DNA of 64,000 nucleotides from Octopus vulgaris (GCA_951406725.2 OX597825.1:60512001-60576000); one strand, 5' to 3'; positions 26,269 to 41,465 are shown, counted from the stretch's first letter. The notes: generated from the sequence alone by a model not told the origin. A program made the numbers and translations.

Positions 26269-27649
26269 GAGCACAAGGTTCTAGGTTTAGAACCATTACG
26301 TAGCACCTTAGTCAAGTGCCTTCTACTATCACCTCGCGCCTACGAAAGCCTTGTGAATTGATTTGTATGCATGTATTCAGATATATATGTATCTATATTT
26401 CTCTTCCTCTTTGCCTTTCTCATATATATATATATATGATATATATATGTATATATATATCTATGTATATATATATATATATATACATACATATATAAAT
26501 ATTCACACACACACGCACGCACATACACATAAACACACACACAGATACACACACATACACTGACATTCGAGTAATATACATATATATGTATGCGTAGGTA
26601 CATGTATATTAACCAATCGATGTTATCTATTGCTAATAATGAAGCTGACTTCATCTGATGTTCGCCAAAGTGACGCGCGAACATTTAGAGGAATAACGAG
26701 AGAGTTTTTCACCGTAGATATCTCTTTGAATTGAAAGCTAACTCACGTATTAGCTGCTCGTTTTCTTTGAAACGAAATCAATGCAAGCGAAATAAAGTTT
26801 GAAATCTCCTCTAATTAGAAACATTCAGTCACTGCTCGAACCATTTCCATCGAAGAGATAAACATAAAACCTTACAGAATGGTAATCAAAGTATCTTTGA
26901 CTGGCACTAGTCATCCAGATGCCATCATTTCAACGACCATTTAAAATGGTACAGCTTAACATTACAAAATTCCATCTAGTCTTCTCAGAACATTCGGCTT
27001 GATTGTCCGAGTCACATGGATTTGAAACAATTAATTCAATGTAAAGATTGCCGTCTTTTTGTGAATAAGTTCTACAACAATCATTGCACTTTCTATCGAT
27101 TGTTCGAATTAAGTTGACGAATTCTTAAATGAACGCTATTCATATTCTAATGAATTCCTACCTTCTTTTTACGCTGCAGCTAATCGTCTCGACTACTTCC
27201 TCTGGTGGTTAGCATTTGTGATTGTTGTGGAAATTTCTGCAGACTTAACAAACAGATTTACTGAGAAATATGTGATTAAAGAATAAGAAAAAGTATCTGA
27301 AATATAATATCTACCATTTCCCGTCTATTTGAGCCTATCAACCAGAAATCGATGTGTTGAATGGAGCTTGGTCTATGAGGTAATATATCAAAGTGAATTA
27401 TGCAATAGCGATGATTAACCTGGACACCGTTGTGCAAAAGAAAGTTGAAGAAAGTATTTATCCCTCAAAATAAATTATCTCTTTAATTTTAACAAATTTG
27501 CAGAAATCTCGTCATCACTTTCCAGCTTCCACGAGTACATCAGTCTCTCTGTCTCTCCCTCTCTCAGTCGATCCTTCTACAACAATCTCTTTGCACTCTT
27601 CTATCGATTGTTCGAACTCTGTCTATAGGTACACGCATACGTATAGAAT

Positions 27650-28070
27650 GTTCGAAATCAGGGATGATAGCTTCTGTTTCCTAGGTGTGTTAATCAGCTC
27701 TGTGTACGTGTGGGGGCGGATTGAAGTAAAGGCTTAATGACCAGAATTAAAATGGGATGGAAAAGTTTAGGGAGCTGCTGGATGTGAGGATAATAAAGAA
27801 AGAAATTTACAAGATTATGCAATGCCTGTTTGGGAACTACGGAGCCCCATGTTTATGTGTCTTAGGTATTAAATGCAGAAGTTGTTTGAATTTGGAAAGA
27901 AATGAGTGGAGTACTCTTCGCTGGATTTGTAAAATTACTATGCATGAACGATAAAGGATTGAATTGCCAAGGGAGGAAACCGTATGAGGAATTTATTGTG
28001 GAGTGTAAGAAGTATTGAGATTCTGGCATGGATGAAGAAATGCGGTGACAAGAATTGCCAAGAGTTTAAT
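27650..28070 (+). mobile_element. Degenerate RTE/BovB-like LINE fragment
   Basis: DSFCFLG..I, RIKMGW/KFREL and LERNE..TLRWIC motifs across frameshifts. Confidence 0.6.
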
Positions 28071-29917
28071 ATAACACGATCTAAAGCAAGAGAAGTATTA
28101 TGAAAATGATACCTTGCCTCATCAGACTTGTGTGAGCTTGCTATTCTGTAGAAGTATAAACTTGTTCCTAGTTCGTACATTCCCATGATTGTACCGTTTA
28201 AAGGTAACTGTTTTGTTTGCTTTGAAGAGGGTAGTTCAATGTCATTCGCTTTCTGAAACTGATGCAATGAGGCTTGTCTCATGCAGATTTATCACCCTCT
28301 CCATTTCTAACCTATTCAGAGTTCAGAAGTTTGGTTATGGCACCATCAATATCTTTTCTAGGTCATGGTAGTATTGCAAAAGATCATCTTGCATCCATTT
28401 CAGTGCCTAGAAAAGTATGTTTACATTGAAACCATTAACTCATACAGTGTTTGCGATGCTCTTTGACCGCTCAACAAATTAAGTTATTTGGAGCTACTCC
28501 CCTGCCACTCACCATTTTCTCTTTTAGTGTAATGTGAAAAGGTACCGATGCCTTCGCCGAAGAGAAAAAAGATGTACTTAAACTCAGTCCTTATCGTCGT
28601 GCCCATACTTCTTTTGCTATAGCCACCAAATTGTGGGAAACTGCCTGGCTGTGTTACCGATAGAATCTTTACATGCACACGACCGATGCCTGCTCAGGAA
28701 ATCTCCGCAGATCAGCAATGGACTGATAATAGGTATAAACGTACAAAGCGATTTTGTGACTCCGTTTGAATCTTGGACAGGTCCTGATGACGCTACTTGA
28801 ATACTTCAATATTAGGGCTTCACCTCAAATGCTCAAATGGTAAAATTTCCAGGTTAGAGATTTATAGTGGTTAACCACTTGGCCTACGAGTTTTTTGGCA
28901 TATACATGCACATGAAACCTAAATAATTCACTTAGATATATTCTGTCTCTACGGAAATGTTGTCGTTCTTCTCCACTACAATTAACTATAGTGAAATTCC
29001 CCAAGATCCCATTGTGCCAACAGTATATGACTCTGAGTATTTGATAACATTCCAGATGCTAGGTGCACAGTCTTGATCGATGATTAGCCAAGTATCACCT
29101 AACTTGACTCTTGGTCATCGTCTGAAAATATATTTAGGGGTCACCGGCGCAGTGCATGTCTGTGCATTGCGCATTGTTAGTAGAACATGATATATGTGTA
29201 GAGGGTGCTCATAGGAAGCAAATCGCTTGAAAAAAAAGGCATCCCTTCCAGGAGTTGTGAAATTGCAACCGCTCCAATCTGAGCAAACAAAAGGAACGAC
29301 TGTAAGGTGTAAAAGATAACGCAGAAGATGTTCCGTTTATCATCTCTACTTGTCACTCATTGCTAGTTGAGAACAACTACCCCAGCTTGTAATACCATCT
29401 TATTTGTAGTCATTCTGATGATTCCAGCGAAATTAACCATTCCATATCTCCAGCACCATACGATGCTACCACAGACGCCCTGACATTTTATGTCCATCAT
29501 CTAAGTTAATTTTGTTCCAGCCACTGCTGTGAAAAGTGTATTCAAAGCCATTATTATTAAGTGCATTGTTAAAACATGCATATTGATTTGACGCATTTTA
29601 GACAGTTAATTTAACTAAAGAAATTACTAACGCGTTAGCTAAATTTGTTTTCATAATAAAGTTTACAATTGGGAAAAATCCATAGATTCTACCTGTCATT
29701 GCAAATTCTGTAAACACGCCAGTGGTTTACGGTTGTCAATTATAACTAATTAATTTTAATTATTTCACACACGCACTGACAGTTAAAAGTCTATGAATAT
29801 ACTCCATAGTATACTTCATGAGTGTATGTACGTGTGGATTTCAGTGTGTGTTCATGGGGTGTATATGTTTATGTGCATACCTGTTTCACTCTATGTGTAT
29901 GTGAACATGTTCGATCA

Positions 29918-29985
<68 letters not shown>

Positions 29986-30430
29986 AATCTATTTTCATCA
30001 TACTTGTGGCTATGGCGAAAGAATGTATCTGGTGGACGCGTCTGAAAGAATTAGAGACAAACACTCTCCACTCTGGTCAATCTCTCATCAACTTCTTCAA
30101 GTATCACTTGAAAAGGAAAGTGAGAGTAGAGAGGCAAGTTTTGTCTAGCGAAGGCTTCAAAAAAAGATGGTGACATTATTGACCGCGGTTACCTTGGTCT
30201 TTTCCGTAGGCTTTTCTTTCCACGAAATACCTTATCTGCTTCCTCCTTTACACTTTACAGCATGACATTACTGTGATACACGGTCACTATTTATCGTTTT
30301 TATTTTATTTTTTACGATCCCTTTTGATCGAAAACCTACCCCACTTTTTTTTACTCCTCAAAAAGAAAAGCTCACCTTTGTAATTTGTCTCGTCTATGTT
30401 CAGCCCTGTGTGGCTAATAAAGAAACATGT

Positions 30431-31009
30431 CTAAAGTCCAAACCACTATTAGTGATAATAACTCGAAGGGAATGAAAAATAAAAACATTTACCATCTAAC
30501 TCCTGGACTATGGTATCAGACATTTTTTTAGCAAATAAAATAATTTGCTAGGCGACGTTTTCATCAACAAGTACGCCTAGATTAAACATATAAGTACAAG
30601 GCAAATCCAGCATGTGCCTCTATTGACTAATTTTTCTACATGCTAGGCTACAGGTAGTAAACATTTCTAAAACCTTTATTACCCTGATATTAATGATTAT
30701 GGATAATTTTTTCTGGAAAATTGTTTGAAGAAATGCCGGTATGTTTTGTTTTTTTTTTTTGCTGCCGACAAAAAACTGCGCTTGCAGGTGGATTTGAAAA
30801 ATTATAATGTATAATCAAGGGGCACATGCTGGATTTGCCTCGTACTTATATGTTTAATCTAGGCGTACCTGTTGATGAAGACTTCGCCTAGGAAATTATT
30901 TTATTTGCTAAAAGAAAAGTCTGAAACCATGGTCCAGGAGATAGATGGTAAATGTTTTTACTTTTCATTCCCTTCACGTTTTTATCCCTAATAGTACTTT
31001 AGACTTTAG
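30431..31009. repeat. Fold-back unit with ~190-bp inverted arms carrying HHR motifs
   Basis: 30431-30618 is an imperfect reverse complement of 30821-31009, with a ~200-bp spacer. Confidence 0.9.
30868..30938 (+). ncRNA. Type I hammerhead motif with U3 core variant
   Basis: cctg-TTGATGA-agactt...aagtct-GAAA-ccatgg-TC-cagg. Palindromic helix III ACCATGGT and a GUC triplet. Confidence 0.72.
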
Positions 31010-31073
31010 CTGTTCCTTCTAGCGTGAAAGGAATCCTATGATAGATACCTCTTATGTGTTTAAATGTATAATG

Positions 31074-31148
<75 letters not shown>

Positions 31149-31149
31149 A

Positions 31150-31184
<35 letters not shown>

Positions 31185-31412
31185 TTATTTATTTATTTAT
31201 TTATATATATAGGTGGAAATCACCGTTCTACTATTTTACAAATATTATTGTACGGGAAGTTCATCTAACATCAAAGAAAGTGGCTGACATGAAAACATCA
31301 ACCATATGTGATTATAGCCTCACTTCCCATGAAGGATGATATATAAACAAGTTTGCTGAAGTTTATCGCCGACACACACACTTACACATAAGACACGCAT
31401 GCACACACATAC

Positions 31413-31447
<35 letters not shown>

Positions 31448-31947
31448 CACACATACGTGTGTGTATGTACGTTTTGCGCGTACGCAAATATGTGCGTGTC
31501 CAGATTTGTAAATTAAATGAAAATACTTCTATGTTTGTATAAAGTTATATATATACCTACACAGCCATATACATGCATAAGCGCACAAACATATATCTTT
31601 GTGTGTGTATGTGTGTGTGTGTGTATGTGCGTGTGTGTGTACCATAATTAAGAAGTTGAGGTTTCGTCATTGTGTCGTGGTTGCAATGTGCAGTCGAGTA
31701 CACTGCGTACATATATAAACAAATAGTATTTGTAAAACCTCTGTTACAAGAGCGAGCAAATGAAGTTATTTGATCTCCTTTGCGGTACTCCAGCAAAAGG
31801 CAGTGCTCCAGCATGGCCGCAGTTAAATGACTGAAATAAGCAAAAGAATAAAAGAGTATCTACAAAGGTTTCATGAAAGTAAGCATTCCTGTTAGATGCT
31901 ACAACCTTATTCTTGTGTTCTTATGTAATATGGCGAATTGCTATTTA

Positions 31948-32166
31948 TACGGGGGAAGCTGAGAACTTTCTGGCTTGAAGTGTGACGCAAAAGGCCTGGT
32001 TGGAGACCCAAGCTGCCCAGTTCTTTTATTGGGCTTACAAAAACTGAAGGACCGCTATAATATGCGCGTAAATACGAGAGGGGGAATATGTTGAATAAAG
32101 TAATAATTTACTGATCCTCCTGTATTTTGTTTTACCCAAAGCCAGGAACTTTCCATTACCCACTCG
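31948..32166. mobile_element. Mariner-derived MITE (degenerate TIRs)
   Basis: tacgggggaagctgagaactttctggcttg at the left end and caaagccaggaactttccattacccactcg at the right. Confidence 0.55.
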
Positions 32167-32329
32167 CTTAATCACTTCATAATGTAATTATTAAAATACA
32201 GGATTTTAGTGTATTCTATTGCTCCTTACATCGACATCAAATTTCGCATACATCTTGAAAAGTGCATAATTTTTTTGTATATATCCTCGACTCAGAATAC
32301 GTTTTCCTATGCATTCATGTATAATATGG

Positions 32330-32455
32330 TAGGCGGCATGCTAACAGAATGGTCAGCACGCCGGGCCAAAATGCTTCGCGGCATTTAGTCCGTCTATAGG
32401 TCTTGAGTTCAACTGCCCTGAAACTGTTAGCCTTGTGCCAATATTTTAAACCAAT
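32330..32455 (+). mobile_element. SINE family C, internally deleted
   Basis: aggcggcatgctaacagaatggtcagcacgccgggc..gagttca head joined to a gccttgtgccaatatttta tail. Confidence 0.65.
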
Positions 32456-33093
32456 TTTCAATACGTGATCCAAGCTCTTTATCGCATTTACCGATTTATC
32501 GAAATCTTTACTGCTAGTAACTGTATGATCAGAATTTATGTATAACTCTCCTCATAGCACCGGGATTGAGACTGATCACGAAAATCTCCATTTTTCTCTC
32601 CAATAGTGATTAATGGAAATAATTTTTCTTATGACTAGTATATTTGATTACATATCGCAACGCTGAGTAAAAGCTCCTACTGCTTTCTTCGGTTACATCT
32701 TAATTGTCCACTTGTCTTAGAAAATTAGGATTAGAAAATGGGCTCTGCTTATTACAACAACGATGAATAAACATGTTAGCCGGTTGCCACCAAAACTCTT
32801 CTATAGGTGATTTGATATTGACGAATCTGTGAACTTTGTGAACAGTAATGTTTGAGGAGGATCAGTAAATTATGACTTTATTCAACATATTCCCCCCTCT
32901 CAAATTTTGCATACACCTTGAAAAGTGCATAAATTTAAGATGTGTTTTTCGGAGATGGAAAAAGAAAAAAAGAAAAAGCCCGCACAAGATCTTTGAAGAG
33001 AGTTTTCACGAGTATCACGACCGATTATCTATATGTATATATACATATATCCATATAAATATACATACATACATACATACATACACACATACA

Positions 33094-33161
<68 letters not shown>

Positions 33162-33568
33162 ATCACCTTATAAAAAGTATGTATCTAAATTTTGTAAGAC
33201 TCTTACTCTATCTTTTATTCCCCCTCTCATTTTCCTTCTTTTTTCTAGATCGGCCTCTCTCACATTTCTTGGCCCTCTGTTTCTTTAACACCAACTATTT
33301 CCTACTGGATTATCTCCCCTGTACCTTTCTCTTTGTCTTTGATTTTTTTTCTAATTCTTCAATCCCGCTGTTCCCTACCGATCTCTCCTCCTTCCACGTG
33401 ACCGGTGTCAAGCCAGCCGTGAGCTTTCTTTCTTGGCCTGACTGGCGACCGCCAACACCTCTTGTGTCTCTCTCCCATGTTCCTGCTTTTAGGATTTCAT
33501 TTCATACACTCCAGCTCAATTTGATTAGTTCTCAGTCGAAAGACACCTGTTGTTATTTCTTGTTGTTT

Positions 33569-33630
33569 GTATTCGTAATTGTGTACGTAATTGTATTCGT
33601 AATTGTATTCGTAATTGTATTCGTAATTGT
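33569..33630. repeat. 12-bp tandem repeat (gtattcgtaatt) x5 inside an unclassified (TA)n-flanked element (33160-33925)
   Basis: Direct inspection. Confidence 0.85.
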
Positions 33631-33917
33631 GAATGAAGATTTTTTTGTTTGTTTCTTTTTTTGTTCTTGTTGCCGTACGCATTCGCTAATTTTCTTACAA
33701 AAGGCTCAAATGCTCTTAGCTTAGACTTTTTTCGGGGCAACCATATGGAACAATCTCAAGTGTAACTGCCCGAAATTGTCGTGACTTCTGGGACTTGACT
33801 GACGAAAGAAAGCCAAGAATGACCCGTATCTTTTTTCTTTTTTGCCTGTCCTTCTTATTGTTTTTCTTGTCTGCCTATTTGCCCGAACATTTTATTGCCC
33901 TCTATTGCGTTTTTGTT

Positions 33918-34005
<88 letters not shown>

Positions 34006-35430
34006 TTGTATATGTGTGTGTGTACGTGTACGCACGTATATAAATATTAATAAGCTTTCATTCATGCCTTCCAAACATCGTTTTCTTGCTCACATTTCTT
34101 TCACAATATAAAATGGCTATATTTTTACCAGAAACACAGCAGATTTACAGAAATCAAACGATATATTTTGATTTTATAGTTATGTTCTTCTCCTTCTCCA
34201 AATAAACTGTTTGCTACCTCCAAATATGTAAGCTAGTGGCTAGAAAAAGCAAGCGTTTCACATGTAGGTTGAAAAACATTGATAGCTTCACAACCATATT
34301 ACATTGCTCTATAACAATCGATTTGATACGTTCGAATTCATATAAGAACAGAATCAACACTTTTTCCCAATACTTTATTGTTGATCTTTCTCCGACACCA
34401 AGTTTTATGATTTATTTCCAAAAATATCGGCTTTGGAGATTAAAATACTGTAACTTCTCCAAGCCAGGATATTGAAGGTATACATTGATGCAAAAAAATC
34501 ATTTCTTCAGAACCAAAATAATGCCACTTAGACAAATAGATTTTGTACGAATTACACACAGGGACGGCACAATAATTCGTAACCCGGCCGCAATGACATT
34601 ACGTATCCAAATCTTTGTAGCGAAACATGATTCAGTAGATATGTCCCACTTGGTGCCAACATATAACTAAAACTACTTGTTAAATTCAGTGCTCTTTTTT
34701 TTCTTTTAAGAAGCCAACTCAATTTGCTTCATTATCGAAATCTAATAACTGCTCTGTGTTTTAGACATTACATAATTTGCTCCAATCTACATTTTATAAA
34801 TTCAAGAATCTCAATATAAAAGAGAAAAATCTAACAATTATGGTTGATGTCTTTTGATTAACAGGAAAGTTTCTTGAATAGTAATTCTCCTAAAAAGCAC
34901 GAATGTGTAAATGTGTATGGAAGCAAACATTATCTAATCTAGCCGTTTCCCCTTTCTCTTTCTCTCTCAGAAATATTTAGTTGATTCCCATCCGAGACAT
35001 CATTAATATGATTTTGGCAGCAACACTTGTCGTTGTTGTAATTCTCGTTTATACAGCTGAAGCTTTACAAGATATACAATATATACATTATTTTCGATAA
35101 CACTCGACTAGAAGGAAATCGTGTTTACAAAGAGAAACCTAAGACTGAGAAGGGAAATATTATCAGTGTAATGTTTTTAAATACATCGATATAATTTGTG
35201 TGAATGAAGAATGCCAAAGCAAGCATAGAATTGTGTTCATTTACCTAACTATAATAAAATTGTCTGGAGCATTGTCATCAAATCAAGTTTGCACCAAGAT
35301 GGTTTATTATTGATAAAACGTCGAACACCTAAAGAATGCAAGTTCTTAGTTCTATCTGTATTACGATATTGTATTAGTGTACATAATGTAGTTGCAAATT
35401 TTGTCCTGTAAAGAGATGTTTTCTTTATGC

Positions 35431-35494
<64 letters not shown>

Positions 35495-35521
35495 TGTATA
35501 TATATATATAAATATATATGT

Positions 35522-35560
<39 letters not shown>

Positions 35561-38500
35561 AGTACAAATTTTGCAGTTTTAAAGATATCTCATGCATCTT
35601 GACCATGATCGAACAAAATAAAAAAGGACCACATACAAATCATATACCCACGCATTGTGTTTGTCTCCAAATATAACTGCGCGTATAACTCTAGGATTCC
35701 TTATCTTTGTATCTCTCTGCACTTCAAAATACTATCATTCTTATAGAAACCCAGTTTAACTTCCATGTGTGTGCGTTAATGTTTAGATATCAGTCGTTTT
35801 CATACATACTTAGATTTATCCAAAGGCAGTCGATAGATGTATAACCATACTATCGTCTGAAAGAAAAAAAAAGAAGCGGAATATAATTTACTTAATGTAA
35901 ATGTAACAAACTGTCTTGAGGCTAAGCACTAGTCATTTGACTAGTGTTTAAGTTACTTTACATCTCGAAAAATAGCGATTAATATATTATTTCTCTTATT
36001 GAATAACCCAACGAAAGAAGAAATTCTCCATTACATGACCATATGTTCAGGATTTCAAATAATATAATGCTACATTTTCTACAAGGATACGGCTGGCAGA
36101 TGCCTCATTGTGCGCTTTAAATCGGACTACTGCACAATGTCATTCACAATTATATATCAAATAAATTTGTTCACATGCATAAGAAATCTCGTAACACTAC
36201 CCATCGATTCCTTAATGGCCACATTTCAAGAAAAAACAAAACAAAAGAAAACAAAAAGTATTTCACCCACTCATAAGCTCCACGACGTAAAATACACGAC
36301 CAATTACCGCAAGGGCACTCGCTTCCTTAAACTTCCATATATTGTCGAGACTACTACCACCAGAGGGAGTAGATTTCAGAATGTTCCACACTCCTTTCTC
36401 CTTATTTTGACTTCTTGTCCAGACTTAAGTCATTAAAACCAACAATGTGCACACCCTAACAAATCGCTCTCTCTGTGCATATGCAATAAGTGATTTCGGT
36501 ACCTCCGTAGCTCAATCCAGAAGGAAGTAGATTGAAGATAACCTACATACATGCACTGACACTGTTATCAGTTTCCTATACACATGACCAAACTGTGAAG
36601 TAGAAATATCCTACTTAGTCATTGAACGGAAGATAGGTATCTTAAGAATCAAGGTGACCTTTCTGATTAGGCATCACAGTCAGCAATAGTATGAAACTGA
36701 TTCGCATGAACTAGCTTTTCCAATTATTTAAGTTTACCTACCTACCCCACACTCACCTTTGCACATTTATCTATTTTTCTCACACCCCCTACCACATGGA
36801 AACAAGAACATTTACCACACAGCCACAGCTTTGAAAAACCTATTCTATTGGAAACAAATAATACTCAAAATACTTACCATAACAAAGCTTAACTACTCCG
36901 TTATCCAACCGCACTTACATGTGCCTTTACGCCTACTGCTACAGCTATTTTAACATAACATTACTTACTAATATAATCTATCTCAAAGAACCACAAATTC
37001 GTATATAATTGATGCACAATATGATTTAAGAAATAATTTTCCTGAAATCTCACAAGGATTGCCGAGATATTATAGGATCATTAACAGCCTGTATGAATTG
37101 TTTAATGTTAATTTCTCTTTGATTGCATTTACTGATATCTCCCTTACATATTTTTGTAAGTAGTCACCTGCTTTGTTCGAAATCTTTTACAAATATCTAT
37201 TTCATTCTCACAATGCTTCAAGCAAATTACAGTACTGTGATATATATTACCCCTGCTAATGTAAGATTTATTGAATTTATGCAATTTGATTTTGAAACAA
37301 GTTGGAATTAAAATTATGAAACAAAATGTGATTCTGAATGTAAAAACGAAAAATTCTAACAATGTCACAAATCCAATCATTCGATTAAAATATCCGAATG
37401 TGTTCTCTGGTACTTTCAATTGTTACAGTGTTTGATCAAAAAGTAGATATATGTTCTTATATATAACTAATTTACTAATTCTCTAAGTAAATTTCCTTGA
37501 GTCTATTATTCATTCTAACAATGGCATACTTTCGCCATTCGAATCCTGCCATTTAAAGCTATTATACACATATCTTTTTCAACTCTGTCATTATATTTAT
37601 AACGTATCTCCATCAATTCAATCCTGGTTTTCATAGCTACTGTATATTTTCATCATTTGTCGATCGCATCGGTCTTGGAGATTGGCTGAAGCCATAGGCA
37701 CAACCACGTACGTCTAACCAGTCTGACAGTAGAATATGCCCAACATTTCAGTTTTCCCATTCTTATCTATAGTATATCTCCGTAACTTCAGCTCTAACTT
37801 TTCAAATCTAGACAGTAGTGTCTGGTGATTAAATTCTTAATGGAAGCAAATTTATAAAAATGAAAAATTATCAGTAGAAAAATCAAGAAGCAAACGATAG
37901 AAATTGCAAATTCCTCGACATTTCTTATTTATATTCTTGTATTTTCCTTTAGTTCTAACTAAATCATACTATTTCTTTCCAAACATAGATCTTTCAAAGA
38001 TAGTATTAGTTTCTGGTGATTTATTTCTTCTTATTCAATGTATATACTGAATCTGTGAAAAGCACTTGTCAATTTTGGCTCATATGTAATACTTTGCAAA
38101 ATTATAAACAAATTTAAGAGATATACGGCATTTTAATCTATATCACCGCCATTATTAGAAAGATGTTGCTTCTTTACATCCATCATCTTCCTACTTAATA
38201 ATCTGTTTGGCATTAAGTATTTCGGTAAATACATAGTGCTATATGGTTACATTACGAGTTGACTTGCTATGGAATTTAAAGACATTGATTCGATGAATAT
38301 ATCTATTTTCATGAATTAAGTCAACTCCTCGAAACAATAATCTCACTATATGTATTGGTGGAAAATGTCTATGGATGTAAGTTTATGTATGTGTGTTTGT
38401 CTGAATTCGTGCATGTAATTCTTTTTCTCGTTTTCTCTCTCTCTCTCTCTCCCGCATCTATATATGCACACAGACACACACAGGCATACACACAGAGACA

Positions 38501-39776
38501 CACACACACAAGTATGTGAGGTCCCAGCTGCAATAATCATAAAAAGGCACTTGGCTCTCGATAGTGAGTACTGGCATATACTTTTAAACTCTGCTCACGT
38601 ACAGTACATACACACAGACACACGTGCGTGTGTTTGTTTCGATGCACACACACACACATGTCAGGCGCGCTCTGTATGTTCCTATTTCTCTGGAAATACA
38701 TTTGTGTCAAGTGTGTTGATTGTGTCATGCTGCATTCAAGTCAATTATTGAGAACCATTAAGTAACGATCGATCACCATTTTGAACTTTTCAATTTCAAT
38801 CAAAATGCATTGGCCTTATTTTTGATTAACAAATACTTGCATCTCTCTACTGCTTGTATACAATTCGCAAATATTTATATGCATTAAGTGAATAAAAACG
38901 TAAAATAGTTATTTGTAGTATTTGTTCCTTTTTGTAAATACTTTTGCCATTTCTCAAGTTAAATAGTTTGTTCGGAGTCAACAGCTGTGAGTTGTTTTGT
39001 GCTAAGAAAACTAAAATGTCGTAGCATCAAACTCACTATCCGGTCTTTCATAGTAATTGACCATAACGCACACCTCCAAGACATAGAGAAGTTTGGTAAT
39101 AATCTGTTAACATACTTGCAAAAAGAAGTATAACTACATTATTCGTATTACAGTGTATATAATTCAGAAACTTGAAAGGTAGAACAATGTATTCGGATCC
39201 GCTGTTTGTAAATGAAAGCATGTAACGTTATGAAGTTAAAAATATTTCTCTGTCTTTCGCCCAGTGGTTTTTAAATCTAGCACTTCACAGAGGAAAGCAA
39301 TCATTTTTATTTTCTTTTTCCTGATTTTTTTGCCAATTGAACGGTTATTGAGTATGACTAACTATGGATTATTAAAACAGAAAAAGTCTTTAGAAAAGTG
39401 TCTTGTTGTATCACATCTTTATTACTACTATTCCGTGATGTGAATAAGTTGGTTGTCTACGTGTATCAGGAAATCAAAAAACAAAATTAATAATGTTTCC
39501 GTGAAGCTAGTATCTTTTAGGTTGTGTCATAAATTCCATGGTCGAAGAAAGAAGCTGAAAATGACACAGTTATCTAGATGTTTGTTTACTATAAATCTGT
39601 ATAGTTACTGATTCGTTCTGACGGCAAGTAATGCAGATGGTTTTCTATGTTTTACCTCTTGGAACATGCTTACTGCTAGTGTTCTCCTTTGCTCTTTTAA
39701 GATTATATGCCTTTCGTTGAAACCATGAATGTATGCACGTGGAGATGCATATATGTACACAGTATATTTGCATAAA

Positions 39777-39859
<83 letters not shown>

Positions 39860-39917
39860 AACAAACACATGAATAAGTACATATATTTTGTATATGCTTA
39901 TGAGTATACTTACATGT

Positions 39918-39989
<72 letters not shown>

Positions 39990-40023
39990 TTGCTAATATC
40001 TGCACCTGTATGTACATACAAAC

Positions 40024-40055
<32 letters not shown>

Positions 40056-40396
40056 ATGTATACGTATATGCATACATATATAGGTATGTATATACACACA
40101 ATGCATTTATATATTTACGTATACATATGTGTGTGCGTGTGAGCGTCTTTGTGATCATGTGCTTGTGGGCGTGAATGATTGTAATAGTGTACTAGATGAA
40201 TACATCGCCTTATCGCTTACTACTCGAAGTGACAAGATGTAGTCATTTGTATGCTCTTGTTTACTACTCGTATCTTCCTACGAAATGTCGTTGGTTGACA
40301 TTTAAACGGATCATTGATACTGCATAAGTAATGATGCAGCTACGAAGAATGTCCACGTTCCCTCTCTCACCCCCACCTCTTTCTCTCTCTGTGCAT

Positions 40397-40431
<35 letters not shown>

Positions 40432-40622
40432 AAAGACCGATGGCGTACATCCAATAATGTAAGCGCAATTTGCACCACGAAACTTAAAGTAATGTAAATG
40501 TATGTGGACCACATCAAGTATTTACAAGTTCATGTAAATTAGTTGAGTGTTCGGCGGTTTACCTGAACGTAAATGTGTCTGTAAGTACACACTCACGAAC
40601 ATATTTTCATATATAAATATAA

Positions 40623-40682
<60 letters not shown>

Positions 40683-40783
40683 AATTAAAATGAGGGTGAA
40701 AAATTGGATATTGATTTGATAACACCAATTTAACCCCAGTGGTCTAGCATATTAAAAAACCGAGGTTCAGTAAATTGTATTAC

Positions 40784-40916
40784 ATACATATGAGAGGGAT
40801 TACCACTATGTGGACACTGCTGGATTTTCTAGAGAACATTTCTTAGTGGTATGACCATAGCGGATCTACTTCTAGCATTAGGGTGTGCACATAGTGGTAA
40901 TCCCTCTCATATGTAT
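40784..40916. repeat. Small fold-back unit with 29-bp perfect terminal inverted arms, in a microsatellite
   Basis: atacatatgagagggattaccactatgtg pairs with cacatagtggtaatccctctcatatgtat. Confidence 0.85.
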
Positions 40917-41465
40917 ATATATATATATGTGTGTGTGTGTATGTATGTATATATATATATATATATATACATAAATACATATATATGCATTATGTACGCA
41001 AACAGATATATATATATTTATATATATATACACACACACAAATACATATATATACATGCATACACATAATTTCGTATGTATATATATGGTATAGGCATGT
41101 CATATGAAAATACATTACAACAGCATCTGTGTCGATGAAGTAGTAATTATATTGCTTAAATGTTAAAGAATGACATTTTGACATTTCGTAAACAGGAGAA
41201 AGGATTGCGTTCATATGGTAAGTGATAATATAATATAGATATATTCACCTTGCAAAATGTTATAGCTCTGCATGCAACCCCCCACTACGTAATACATACC
41301 TACATACCTACGTACATACATATATACATACATACATACATACATACAAATATGAAATCACGCACATACGTATATATATATATATATATATATGTAGGAC
41401 CCGGGTTGAGTCGGGGTTAACCACAGTAAATAAGGTACTCAATACATACCAGAGTAAAGTAATTT

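Noticed and set aside
27070-27617. ~45-bp imperfect direct repeat (27070-27108 vs 27575-27617); a similar pair at 32237/32899
   Set aside because: Too short and diverged to define an element; no TSD or LTR termini.
28784-28810. CTGATGAcgctacttGAAt as a hammerhead
   Set aside because: Lacks GAAA and pairing stems; likely a chance match.
29414-29440. CTGATGA-ttccagc-GAAA as a hammerhead
   Set aside because: No stem II, helix III/UH site or stem I can be formed.
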